A stretch of 64,000 nucleotides of DNA from Candidatus Altiarchaeales archaeon (lineage in GTDB: Archaea; Altiarchaeota; Altiarchaeia; IMC4; SCGC-AAA252-I15), in assembly GCA_014727915.1 (NCBI GenBank), contig WJMO01000006.1, positions 320,001-384,000 on the forward strand, in the 5' to 3' direction. The position numbers and the translations under genes were made by a program. Under the pieces are notes generated by a model. That model saw only the letters and a program-made list of their open reading frames with translations, was not told where the DNA came from and did no database searches. Of the stretch, positions 22,937 to 31,502 are shown one piece after another. The stretch's first letter is position 1. Each line of letters starts with the position of its first letter.

Positions 22937-23176
22937 TTATGGTTTTTTTATCTCACTGGGTTTGGGTAGTTCATCCGGTTGTATGTCGCAAAGCAGACCA
23001 TACAACTTTAGGGCCGCGCCTCTTGGCTGGCCCATGACAGTCTCTGCCAAGGCAAAACATGCCTCGGATAGCTCACCATCCCCGGGGGGGCAGTTGAGCT
23101 TCACCTGAAACTGCTTTGCAAGACGGAGCCTATCCGCCTCATGCCATTGGATTTCATTACCTTTTGTTGCTTGCAT
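22937..23176 (-). CDS. Orphan 79-aa ORF inside the 16S-23S spacer
   Basis: ATG to TAA ORF starting 15 nt after the tRNA-Ala 3' end; protein-like composition; no family recognised. Confidence 0.45.
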   Translation of the reverse strand: MQATKGNEIQWHEADRLRLAKQFQVKLNCPPGDGELSEACFALAETVMGQPRGAALKLYGLLCDIQPDELPKPSEIKKP

Positions 23177-23190
23177 TTTAACCCAATTGA

Positions 23191-23341
23191 TGGACTCGTC
23201 GGGATTTGAACCCGAGGCCTCCCGCGAACTCGGAACCTTTTACGGACACGGAATATTATTTTCCGTGAACGCTTTTACGGCCTGTAGGCCGGAAAAGGGT
23301 TCTTGCAAGGCGGACGATCTACCGGACTGATCTACGAGCCC
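23191..23341 (-). tRNA. tRNA-Ala(TGC) with 77-nt intron at 37/38 (23227-23303)
   Basis: GGGCUCG/CGAGUCC acceptor with G3-U70; UUCAAAU T-loop; canonical BHB (CUUG/CGAG helix, bulges CAA and UUC). Confidence 0.95.
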
Positions 23342-23482
23342 CTGAATAAAGTTTCTTGGATTCACCCCAACGGGTTCCATGAATTTTTTGTGTTCAAGTC
23401 TTTTGCTGGAAGAATTTTAGCCCCTGTGCGCGGAAGGCAAATATTCCGCATTGTAAAAGAAGCAAACACATGTTGGTTTGCT

Positions 23483-24974
23483 TGGAGGTGATCCAGCCGC
23501 AGATTCCCCTACGGCTACCTTGTTACGACTTCACCCCCCTCGCGAACCCGAGATTCGACACACCCGAAAATCGAGTATGCCTCACCTCCAATCCACTCAG
23601 TTGGTGTGACGGGCGGTGTGTGCAAGGAACAGGGACATATTCACCGCTTTATGGTAAAAAGCGATTACTAGGGATTTCACCTTCATGAGGGTGAGTTTCA
23701 ACCCTCAATCCGTACTGGGACATGGTTTAGGGGATTAGCTCCGCCTTTCGGTGTTGCAACCCATTGTCCATGCCATTGTATGCCGCGTGTAGCCCAGACG
23801 ATTCGGAGCATACAGACCTACCGTCGCCCGCGCCTTCCTCACACTCATCGCATGCAGTCCCCCTATAGTGCCCCACAAGTCTCCTCGTGGGTTGCAAATA
23901 GGGGTACGGGTCTCGCTCGTTAACGGACTTAACCGTACGCCTCACGGTACGAGCTGACGACGGCCATGCACTACCTCTCGGCTCGTTCGGCAAGACCTTT
24001 AGCCTGGCCTTCATCCTGCCGTCGCGTCTGGTAAGTTTCCCGGCGTTGTATCCAATTGAACCGCAGCATCCACCCCTTGTGGTGTTCCCCCGCCAATTCC
24101 TTTAAGTTTCAGCCTTGCGACCGTACTCCCCAGGTGGTGGGTTTAACGGTTTCCCTTCAGCACTCCCCGAACACGAGGTTCAGGGAACACTAAACCCACA
24201 TCGTTTACGGCTAGGACTACCAGGGTATCTAATCCTGTTCGCTCCCCTAGCTCTCGTACCTCATCGTCAGGCCCGTTCCAGAGTGGCGCCTTCGCTACCG
24301 GTGGTCCTCCAGGGATTATAGCATTTCACCGCTACCCCCAGAATACCCCACTCCTGCCCCGGCCTCAAGCCCAGTAGTATTTTCTGCAAGCCCTACGGTT
24401 AAGCCGCAGGATTTCACAGAAAACTTGCTGAACCGACTACGCACGCTCTAAACCCAGTAAACGCGATCACCACTTGAGCTGCTGGTGTTACCGCGGAGGC
24501 TGGCACCAGTCTTACCCAGCCCTTATTCCCAGAGCTATTTACACTCTGTAAAAGCACACGTTGTACGTGCGCACTTGGGGTCCCCTCGTCACGCTTGCGC
24601 GCATTGCGAAGGTTTCGCGACTGCTGCGCTCCGTAGAGCCTGGACCTTTGTCTCAGTGTCCATCTCCCGGCTCCCACTCTCATGGCCGGTACAGATCGTA
24701 GCCACGGTAGGCCATTACCCTACCGTCAAACTAATCCGCCGCAGACTCATCCTGAGGCGATGGACCGGATACAGGTCTTCTCCTTTGAGCGGCGGACATT
24801 CCAGTGCTCGCCGCCTATGGGGGATTGTCCTCAGTTTCCCGAGGTTATACCCCTCCCCAGGGCAGATTGTCCACGTGTTACTGAGCTGGTTGCCCGGACC
24901 TTAACCGTGTCCGAAACGTGCATGTCTTAATCAAACCCCAATAGCAGTGACCTCGAGCAGGATCAACTCGAGTT
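23483..24974 (-). rRNA. rrs: 16S rRNA
   Basis: UUGAUCCUG near the 5' end, AAACUUAAAGGAAUUGGCGG, AAGUCGUAACAAGG, anti-SD GAUCACCUCC. Confidence 0.98.
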
Positions 24975-25275
24975 AATGTACGTATCGCTGATTGTTTTTT
25001 GGAATTGTATGGTCTTCCACACACAGGTATAGCTATTTCCAGCGTTTGAACACGTCAGACAGCCCCCATGCAGAGGATGTCATCATAAATTGCCCACACT
25101 AGCATGGATCGGACTCCACGGAAGGTGCAGACGCCCAAACCGCTTCTAGGCCCAACAAAACCAGATGTGAGGCGATTCCAAATCAACACTTTCCCGCATT
25201 TTGCGGGGTTGTCTCATTTAATTGGAAAAACACATTGCGCAAAGGGAATTTCGCGCGGACAATATATAGGCAACC

Positions 25276-25288
25276 TCTATTTATAAAT
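25276..25288 (-). promoter_or_regulatory. Probable TATA box of the rRNA operon
   Basis: TTTATAAATA about 300 nt upstream of the 16S, directly after the upstream stop codon. Confidence 0.5.
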
Positions 25289-25947
25289 CAACTGTAGATG
25301 CCGGATATCGTTCCGCTCGAGGTGAAATCGGCTTTTTTCTGTCCTCCGGCCGTTACCAGGAGTTCTCTGCGCTTTTTGTCCACCATATCATCGATTTTCT
25401 CATCTGAAACGCCCATATTCCGGAAGGACTTGGCCTGGTCCAGGACCTTTGCATAATCAAGGGAACGCTGTGTCGCCGTAGACTCCAGAACGACTTCCAA
25501 CATGAATATCCTTCCCCTCATGTTGAGGTCTGGAGCGCAGTTAGATGCTGATATGTTCTTCCTCTCGCCCGCCCCAAGGTTGAAGGGCGTTTTAGTGATT
25601 AAGTCGCATCTTCCAGAGTCCCGGTTCCAAAGGCTTATTTTCCTCACGGTCGCCGTGTCCAAACCATAGTTGGCAACATTGAATGATAGTCTTCCAGTAT
25701 CGCCGTCTATGGACGGCGAATCCGGAATCAGCACCTTCAGCGACTCTGCCACTTCTTCCTTGGGCTCCATAAGGCCTGAAATGTAGTCGAAGACGCCAAG
25801 CCACCACATAAGTAGGATGAGAGTGACAAAGGTTATGACATAGTCCTTCTTAGAGGGTTGGACGTTCACCGGCAGACTGCCAATGGATCGGCTAGGCTGG
25901 CCTGTTTTATCGTCTGTTTTAGATTCAGCTTCGAGGTCAGGGGACAT
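25288..25947 (-). CDS. Membrane-anchored pilin-like/Ig-fold hypothetical protein
   Basis: TM ending in WWLGVF; C-terminal SSGTISG resembles the pilin C-termini. Confidence 0.6.
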   Translation of the reverse strand: MSPDLEAESKTDDKTGQPSRSIGSLPVNVQPSKKDYVITFVTLILLMWWLGVFDYISGLMEPKEEVAESLKVLIPDSPSIDGDTGRLSFNVANYGLDTATVRKISLWNRDSGRCDLITKTPFNLGAGERKNISASNCAPDLNMRGRIFMLEVVLESTATQRSLDYAKVLDQAKSFRNMGVSDEKIDDMVDKKRRELLVTAGGQKKADFTSSGTISGIYS

Positions 25948-25948
25948 T

Positions 25949-26623
25949 TTAAGTCCAGGTTATGATTCCCGTACTGTGCTCGACAGTCTGAACGTTACCA
26001 ATCTTTAAAACATATTCTATGTCGATGTATGCGCTTCCCGGATGCCCTGAGCTTACATCCAGACATTTGTCATCCAAACCTTCGATGCCGCCGCCGCCAA
26101 CTTTGATAGTGCCCTCCTGGGGGACCTCATAGTCTTCCACGCCATCGCCAGTATGGTCAACGCATTCGAACACTTGTGAGCCGTAGAGCCCACCAGGCGC
26201 GTAGTCACAGTCTACGATGCTACTATCTTGATAGTGGACTATCTTGCCCTTGTCCGTCTCAGCCAGGCCGTAACCGCATTTCAAATCATGTGATGTGGCT
26301 CCGCCGGTGGGGACCTCGGACTCAGGGGACATGCTGACACTGACGTTCTGCACGTACACTTTAGTGTTCAACGTGTTGGTGAATATGCACACCAGCCCCC
26401 TGTCAAGGGACCCGCCGCCCAGGGCGTTCTCGGTTATCCCGCAGGTGGAAAGCAAGGGCTTGAACGCGCCGGTGAAACCGGATTCTGTGAAGTGGCCGCC
26501 GCCGCCGAAGTTGAATATCCCCAGCCGCCACATGGCAATGCCAGCGACCATCACAACGATAATAGCCCAGCCGTAGGTCATCAGGTACTCCATAGCACCC
26601 TGACCCCTCCTATGAGAAAACAT
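25949..26623 (-). CDS. Type IV pilin-like protein (class III signal peptide)
   Basis: RRG/QGAMEYLMTYGWAIIVV; start ATG 26623 below a TTTTATAAG box. Confidence 0.88.
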   Translation of the reverse strand: MFSHRRGQGAMEYLMTYGWAIIVVMVAGIAMWRLGIFNFGGGGHFTESGFTGAFKPLLSTCGITENALGGGSLDRGLVCIFTNTLNTKVYVQNVSVSMSPESEVPTGGATSHDLKCGYGLAETDKGKIVHYQDSSIVDCDYAPGGLYGSQVFECVDHTGDGVEDYEVPQEGTIKVGGGGIEGLDDKCLDVSSGHPGSAYIDIEYVLKIGNVQTVEHSTGIITWT

Positions 26624-26759
26624 GGTAAATACAGTAACATATTGGACGAGAAAGCTTATAAAAACAGGTGGGCCGCGGGGGGCTACCGGCCCCCTCAGTT
26701 CCAAGTTCCTCCTGATCCCCCCGAAACGAATATTGTGCCGCCCAAAGGTGGCACAAATG

Positions 26760-26998
26760 CAGTAACCAGAATGAATCAATGACGATTGGCTAGAAAAAAG
26801 TACAACCAATAATATTGGCCCAGCAAGGGCGAACATACCATGGTGGATAATTGATTCAACCAGACAATTAGATTTGTCAGAAATGCTCGAGCAATATACA
26901 ATGAAGCCTCCAGCGACTCAAGCGATTATTGCTAAGTACCAACTAAATAGGATATGAAAAACCTCTTTTGAGGATAGCCTCTCAAATTTTATATCCAT
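26760..26998 (-). pseudogene. Interrupted AT-rich small membrane-protein ORF downstream of tRNA-His
   Basis: MDIKFERLSSKEVFHILFSWYLAIIA*VAGGFIVY...; the frame continues past TGA 26918-26920. Confidence 0.4.
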
Positions 26999-27067
26999 TT
27001 TGATAGTGCATTCTGGGGGGTCGTAGACCCCCCCATTTCGCTTCGCGTGTCCACGGAGCGAGCCGTG

Positions 27068-27215
27068 GGCCGCGGGCGGAATTTGAATCCGCGTCGCCGG
27101 ATAGCTGCAACCTGTCGTATGCCCGGAATTATTATCTTCCGTCAACGCTTTCGCCCGGAGGGCGGAAGAGGGTTGCCACAGTCCAGTAGGATAACCAGGC
27201 TACCCCACCGCGGCC
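27068..27215 (-). tRNA. tRNA-His(GTG) with encoded G-1 and 73-nt intron at 37/38 (27103-27175)
   Basis: G-1:C73; GCCGCGG/CCGCGGC acceptor; BHB with CUGU/GCAG helix and bulges GGC and CUA. Confidence 0.95.
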
Positions 27216-27257
27216 ATAATGTGGGTATGTATTAGGGCCTTATTCGAATAAAAGGTT

Positions 27258-27536
27258 TTATTTCAGTATCTCAATCGCCTGTTCACCGAGCATCCCTTCT
27301 GTTATTCCGAGCTCTCTTGCCTTCGAAGTGCATGCTGCTATCTCTGCTTTCAGGACATCGGAAAAGGTGGACACACCTGTCACTACCGCCGCGGCCTGAC
27401 CTATCTCCTCCGCCTTCTTAAGGTTGAGCAGCCCGCACATTAGATAACCCCTTTCACCGACTACCAATATCATGTTGGCGCTGGGGAGTCGGGCCTTCAG
27501 TCCTAGACAGCCGTTTATTATGCGTGTCTCGATCAT
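27258..27536 (-). CDS. YunC/DUF1805 family protein
   Basis: GYLMCGLLN, AAVVTGV, LGITEGM. Confidence 0.85.
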   Translation of the reverse strand: MIETRIINGCLGLKARLPSANMILVVGERGYLMCGLLNLKKAEEIGQAAAVVTGVSTFSDVLKAEIAACTSKARELGITEGMLGEQAIEILK

Positions 27537-28387
27537 CCGCCCTTCACCTTATGCCTGGTTATCATCGTCCCAGTGCCCGTTACAGTTAGTATCTCCTCTA
27601 GTATGGCGTGTTTGCTGGCCTTGATTATGTGGGTCCGCTCCACGCCGTTCTTCAAGGCGTGAGTGCATGCCTTGATCTTGGGTATCATGCCGCCGACTAT
27701 CACGTCATCCCTTATGAGCCTGTTGGCTTCCGTGACGGTCAGCCGATGAACAAGCTTTCTTTTCTTGTCCAACACGCCTTCTACGTTGGTCAATATTATA
27801 AGCTTCTTGGCCTTGAGCGAAGCGGCGAGTTCGGCGGCGGCAGTGTCGGCGTTAATGTTCAGCGTGTCGCCTTCCCGTGTCAAACCTATGGGCGATATTA
27901 TGGGTATGTACCCGCTGTCCAACTGTGTCTTAACGATCTTGGGGTTCACATTCCTTATTTCTCCCACCTGGCCGAGGTCCACTTTTTTCTTCTTCTGCTT
28001 CACAGCCTCGAAGAGGCATCCGGACTTTCCGGACAAGCCGATGACTTCTCCGCCGTGCTTGTGTATGACCCCGACCAGCTGCTGGTTCACCTTGCCGGAA
28101 AGTACCATCTCCACTATGTCCATGGTTTCCCTGTCCGTGACACGCAATCCCTTCACGAAAGCGGGCTTTTTTCCGAATTTTTCCATTGCCTCGGAGATCT
28201 CCACGCCCCCGCCGTGGACGACGACCGTTCTTATGCCCAGCGCATTCAATAGTATCAGGTCTTTAGCAACGGAGTCGACAACATCCTTATCCAGGAGGGT
28301 CTCCCCCCCGAATTTTATGACGAACGCGTCTCCGCTGAACTTCCTTATGTACTCTATGGCCTCTACAAGTATCTCGGACTTCCTCAT
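27533..28387 (-). CDS. argB: Acetylglutamate kinase
   Basis: IKFGG, VHGGG, GLRVTD, NINADTAA, GGMIPK. Confidence 0.95.
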   Translation of the reverse strand: MRKSEILVEAIEYIRKFSGDAFVIKFGGETLLDKDVVDSVAKDLILLNALGIRTVVVHGGGVEISEAMEKFGKKPAFVKGLRVTDRETMDIVEMVLSGKVNQQLVGVIHKHGGEVIGLSGKSGCLFEAVKQKKKKVDLGQVGEIRNVNPKIVKTQLDSGYIPIISPIGLTREGDTLNINADTAAAELAASLKAKKLIILTNVEGVLDKKRKLVHRLTVTEANRLIRDDVIVGGMIPKIKACTHALKNGVERTHIIKASKHAILEEILTVTGTGTMITRHKVKGG

Positions 28388-28486
28388 ACCCGTAGAATAT
28401 TCGTTTAAAAGGATAAATAAAATAAGAAGCGGGTCAGGGCATGCGACCGTCTTTTATATAGCCACCTGTTAATACAATAAGCCAAG

Positions 28487-29134
28487 ATGTACATCATAAT
28501 AATCGGCGGGGGAGGCATCGGAAAATCGCTCTCCAACCATCTCGTGAGCGAAGGCCATGAGGTCGTAATCATCGAGAGGGAGGAGGAGAGAGGCAAGACC
28601 CTAGCCGACTCCATGGACTTAATCGTCATACACGGAGACGGCAGCTCCACGGAGATACTGAAGGACGCGGGGGTGGAAAGGGCTGACGCCGTGGCTGTCT
28701 TAACAGCCGACGACAACACTAACCTGACCATCTGCCAGATGCTGAAGAAGTTCAACGTCCCGAAGATAGTGGCGCGGGTGAACGAGCCTGACAAGAAAGA
28801 CCTGTACATAAGCCTTGAGATCACCGCCTCGATAAGCATCGTCTCGGCTGCGGTGAGCCAGATCAAGAACGCCCTCACCAAGGAGAAGGGGAGGAGCATG
28901 ATGAGCATCGCAGGGGGTAATGCCGAGGTCGTTGAGATACGGTTGACCAACGAGAAGCTGGACGGGAAGAAGATAAAGGACATCGGCCTCCCATACGGGG
29001 CGCTGATAGGTGTCGTCTACAGGAACGGGGAGGTCATAATCGGGACGGACGAGACCATACTGAAGAAAGAGGACGTCCTGACCGTCATAACAAAGACGGA
29101 AGTGATCCAGGATGTCACCACAATACTGAAGTAG
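28487..29134 (+). CDS. trkA: TrkA-family potassium uptake regulatory subunit
   Basis: GGGGIG Rossmann motif, HGDG, RCK_C domain. Confidence 0.88.
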   Translation: MYIIIIGGGGIGKSLSNHLVSEGHEVVIIEREEERGKTLADSMDLIVIHGDGSSTEILKDAGVERADAVAVLTADDNTNLTICQMLKKFNVPKIVARVNEPDKKDLYISLEITASISIVSAAVSQIKNALTKEKGRSMMSIAGGNAEVVEIRLTNEKLDGKKIKDIGLPYGALIGVVYRNGEVIIGTDETILKKEDVLTVITKTEVIQDVTTILK

Positions 29135-29140
29135 AGCTTC

Positions 29141-29395
29141 TCAGATCATGTTGAAGAAGTGGAGCACGACCAAAGCCCCCACGCCGGGTATGCCGAACAA
29201 CGCGCATACCAGCACGGTCGCAAGGTTCACTGGTATCCACCAGCCCAGGTAGTGGTTTAGGAAGAATAGGATCAGGACTCCCGCCAAACCGTTCACCAAG
29301 AGAATTGAGGCTTTTACTGCTAGCTTCTTTATGAGAGACCAGAATAACACTAGAAACGCCAGCAATATGACCGCTGCTGCGATGTATTCGATCAT
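29141..29395 (-). CDS. BofA-family small membrane protein
   Basis: NGLAG...IPVN...LFGIPG pattern. Confidence 0.75.
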   Translation of the reverse strand: MIEYIAAAVILLAFLVLFWSLIKKLAVKASILLVNGLAGVLILFFLNHYLGWWIPVNLATVLVCALFGIPGVGALVVLHFFNMI

Positions 29396-29396
29396 C

Positions 29397-30077
29397 CTAG
29401 ACCAGGACCTTCTCGTTGGGATAGAGTATCATGCCCCCTTTGCCAAGGCGGTATACTATCTCCTGCTTTGTGTGGTCGGTGCCGCGCATCTTGAACACCT
29501 CCAAAGTCCGCACCCGCTCCTGGCCGATCTTCACATAGTACAGGTGGATGATCGTGTCTACCAGGTATTCGACGCCGAACCGTGCAGCGCCGGACTCGAC
29601 TTCGCTCGTGACCAGCACCGTCGCACCCCACTTCTCCATGGCCTCGAACAACACCATCAACGCGTTCCTCTGGGCTGTCTCCGCGTTGTATGCTAGCATG
29701 AGCGCGGTGACACTGTCCAAGACCACCCTCTTGATCTGATGGGGTTTGAAGTACTCCTCGAAGCTTATAAGCCCCTGGTCGAGGAGGTTCCTCATCTCCG
29801 AGACTGTTGTCTTGTGGAATATGAGCTTGCCCTCGTCTTCGAGCTTCTGCATGTCGAAGCCGAAACCTTCCATGTTACTGTAGAACTTGTCCCTCTTCTC
29901 CTCCACTGAGACGTAAAGGCATGTCTCCCCGGCCTCGGCGCCTGCCATAATGTAATGGACGGAGAACACGGACTTTCCGCAGCCGGGCTCCCCTGCTATC
30001 AGATTGATGCTCCCCGGCTTAAGACCCCCGCCTATGAGCTCGTCCAATCCCTTAACTCCGGTGGACAACCGTTCCAT
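29397..30077 (-). CDS. Single-domain KaiC/RAD55-family ATPase
   Basis: STGVKGLD, GEPGCGKS, VLDS, KMRGT. Confidence 0.9.
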   Translation of the reverse strand: MERLSTGVKGLDELIGGGLKPGSINLIAGEPGCGKSVFSVHYIMAGAEAGETCLYVSVEEKRDKFYSNMEGFGFDMQKLEDEGKLIFHKTTVSEMRNLLDQGLISFEEYFKPHQIKRVVLDSVTALMLAYNAETAQRNALMVLFEAMEKWGATVLVTSEVESGAARFGVEYLVDTIIHLYYVKIGQERVRTLEVFKMRGTDHTKQEIVYRLGKGGMILYPNEKVLV

Positions 30078-30394
30078 GTGAAAGAATGAGAATATAAAAT
30101 TAAATAGGGGATGTTTTCACCGGGTCATCCTGTGCCTGCCACCACCAGGGGACTGTCTATCAACCCGGGCGGAGAAACGGTCGAATACTCCCTGATAGTT
30201 TGTGAGAGGGTCGGGCGGGGTGAAAAAACACCGGGGGGTCGACGACAACCCCGTCCGCGGAAGACATAAGAGAACAGGGGAAACACAGGCATAATACCGG
30301 TCAGAGTAAAGAAGCTTCAGAGAGTCCAGGGGGGGCCAGATTAATGCGACGCATTCTTTTAACCTGTGCTCCTCTAATAATATCCTGTCAATCC

Positions 30395-30467
30395 GGGACC
30401 GTGGGGTAGCTTGGTATCCTTCTAGCTTTGGGAGCTAGTGACTCGAGTTCGAATCTCGGCGGTCCCA
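30395..30467 (+). tRNA. tRNA-Pro(TGG), no intron
   Basis: GGGACCG/CGGTCCC acceptor; CTAGC-TT-TGG-GA-GCTAG anticodon arm; TTCGAAT T-loop. Confidence 0.96.
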
Positions 30468-30483
30468 ACCCTTATTTTCTTCT

Positions 30484-30963
30484 CTATTCTTCGTGCCATA
30501 GGTTTTTCAGCATCTTACGGCCGTACGGGAGGTCCATTATCAGGGTGTTCAGGTAGGCAGCGCACCTTCGGGAGTTCAGTTCTCCATCGGTTTGCTGCTG
30601 GAAGTCCGCTTCCACCGCGGCGCGGGCTGACTTCCGGCCTTTAACATTGGCGCCGGTCAGGTCGGCGAGAGCGTCCATGACCTCTCTCCTCTCATCCCTC
30701 CTTAGGCTGGCAGCCAACTCTAGGAAGGTCGAGGATACCATCCTCCCCCAGTCCGGTTTCAGAGGTTCCAGGTCTAGCCTCTGCCCCTCTACCATACGGC
30801 CGGGGCGGGCATGATGGCGGTCCAATCGCATCCTCTGCCAGCCAGTCCTCTTATCGGCGAGGACTTCGGCAAGTTCCATGGCAGACTCCAGCGCATCATA
30901 GGACACTGTACTATGCTCTTCTCCCTTGTCTTTCCTATTTTTTACCGACTTTTCGCCTTTCAT
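30484..30963 (-). CDS. Hypothetical protein, probable paralog of 30960-31493
   Basis: ATGA overlap with the upstream ORF; shared motifs. Confidence 0.6.
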   Translation of the reverse strand: MKGEKSVKNRKDKGEEHSTVSYDALESAMELAEVLADKRTGWQRMRLDRHHARPGRMVEGQRLDLEPLKPDWGRMVSSTFLELAASLRRDERREVMDALADLTGANVKGRKSARAAVEADFQQQTDGELNSRRCAAYLNTLIMDLPYGRKMLKNLWHEE

Positions 30964-31493
30964 CTTCCAATGAGCTTTTGGGGAGGGGTGGGCAGGTCCA
31001 TTGTACGTAGTTTCTCATGTCCCAGAACTTCATCGGCGTGGGGTAGAGCAGTCAGCAATTTGTAGATGATAACAGAAGACTGAAACGATGTCTTCCTGAC
31101 AACATCCTCGTTGCTAAGAGAGCCCAGGTCGCCTATGGGATGGGGTTCATCCAGTTTTTTCTTCATTAGCTCCTCTATCTGATCGTTTGTGTTGAGTTTG
31201 GTGCCTTCCCTCTCGGCCAGTGCGTCCAAGAGCTCATCCCTCGGTCGCTTGGAGAGGGTCGTGGTCAGCAGGTGTATGGCATACCTCGCCATCACTTCCT
31301 CTACTGGTCGGGGGTTATCCCGCTGTCCATTGTAGGTTAGATACTCTCTAAGGTGGGATGCCATGTTACGCTGTGTCATGAATGCAGTGAGAGGTTCTTC
31401 CAAGGGCAACGGGGTCTGCTCTACAGTCGGGGTACGGTCATCTTCTGGCGGCTTGTATATCTTCAGCTTGAACCTTCTGGTTTGTTTCTTCAT
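30960..31493 (-). CDS. Hypothetical protein
   Basis: 177-aa ORF starting 9 nt after rnz. Confidence 0.6.
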   Translation of the reverse strand: MKKQTRRFKLKIYKPPEDDRTPTVEQTPLPLEEPLTAFMTQRNMASHLREYLTYNGQRDNPRPVEEVMARYAIHLLTTTLSKRPRDELLDALAEREGTKLNTNDQIEELMKKKLDEPHPIGDLGSLSNEDVVRKTSFQSSVIIYKLLTALPHADEVLGHEKLRTMDLPTPPQKLIGR

Positions 31494-31502
31494 CTTCCCG
31501 AT

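Noticed and set aside
23431-23448. CGGAA...TTCCG hairpin resembling intron hairpin 2
   Set aside because: Opposite orientation, lacks the rest of the core and overlaps the 16S processing stem.
26918-26920. TGA recoding (Sec or Trp) giving a long pilin fusion
   Set aside because: TGA is a normal stop in many genes here; the pilin has its own TATA box and class III signal at 26623.
29141-30077. KaiC clock or sporulation (BofA) system
   Set aside because: Single-domain KaiC-like ATPases and BofA-like proteins are common in archaea; no kaiA, kaiB or sporulation context.
30100-30345. SRP RNA or 5S rRNA
   Set aside because: Helix-8 and 5S signature motifs were not found.
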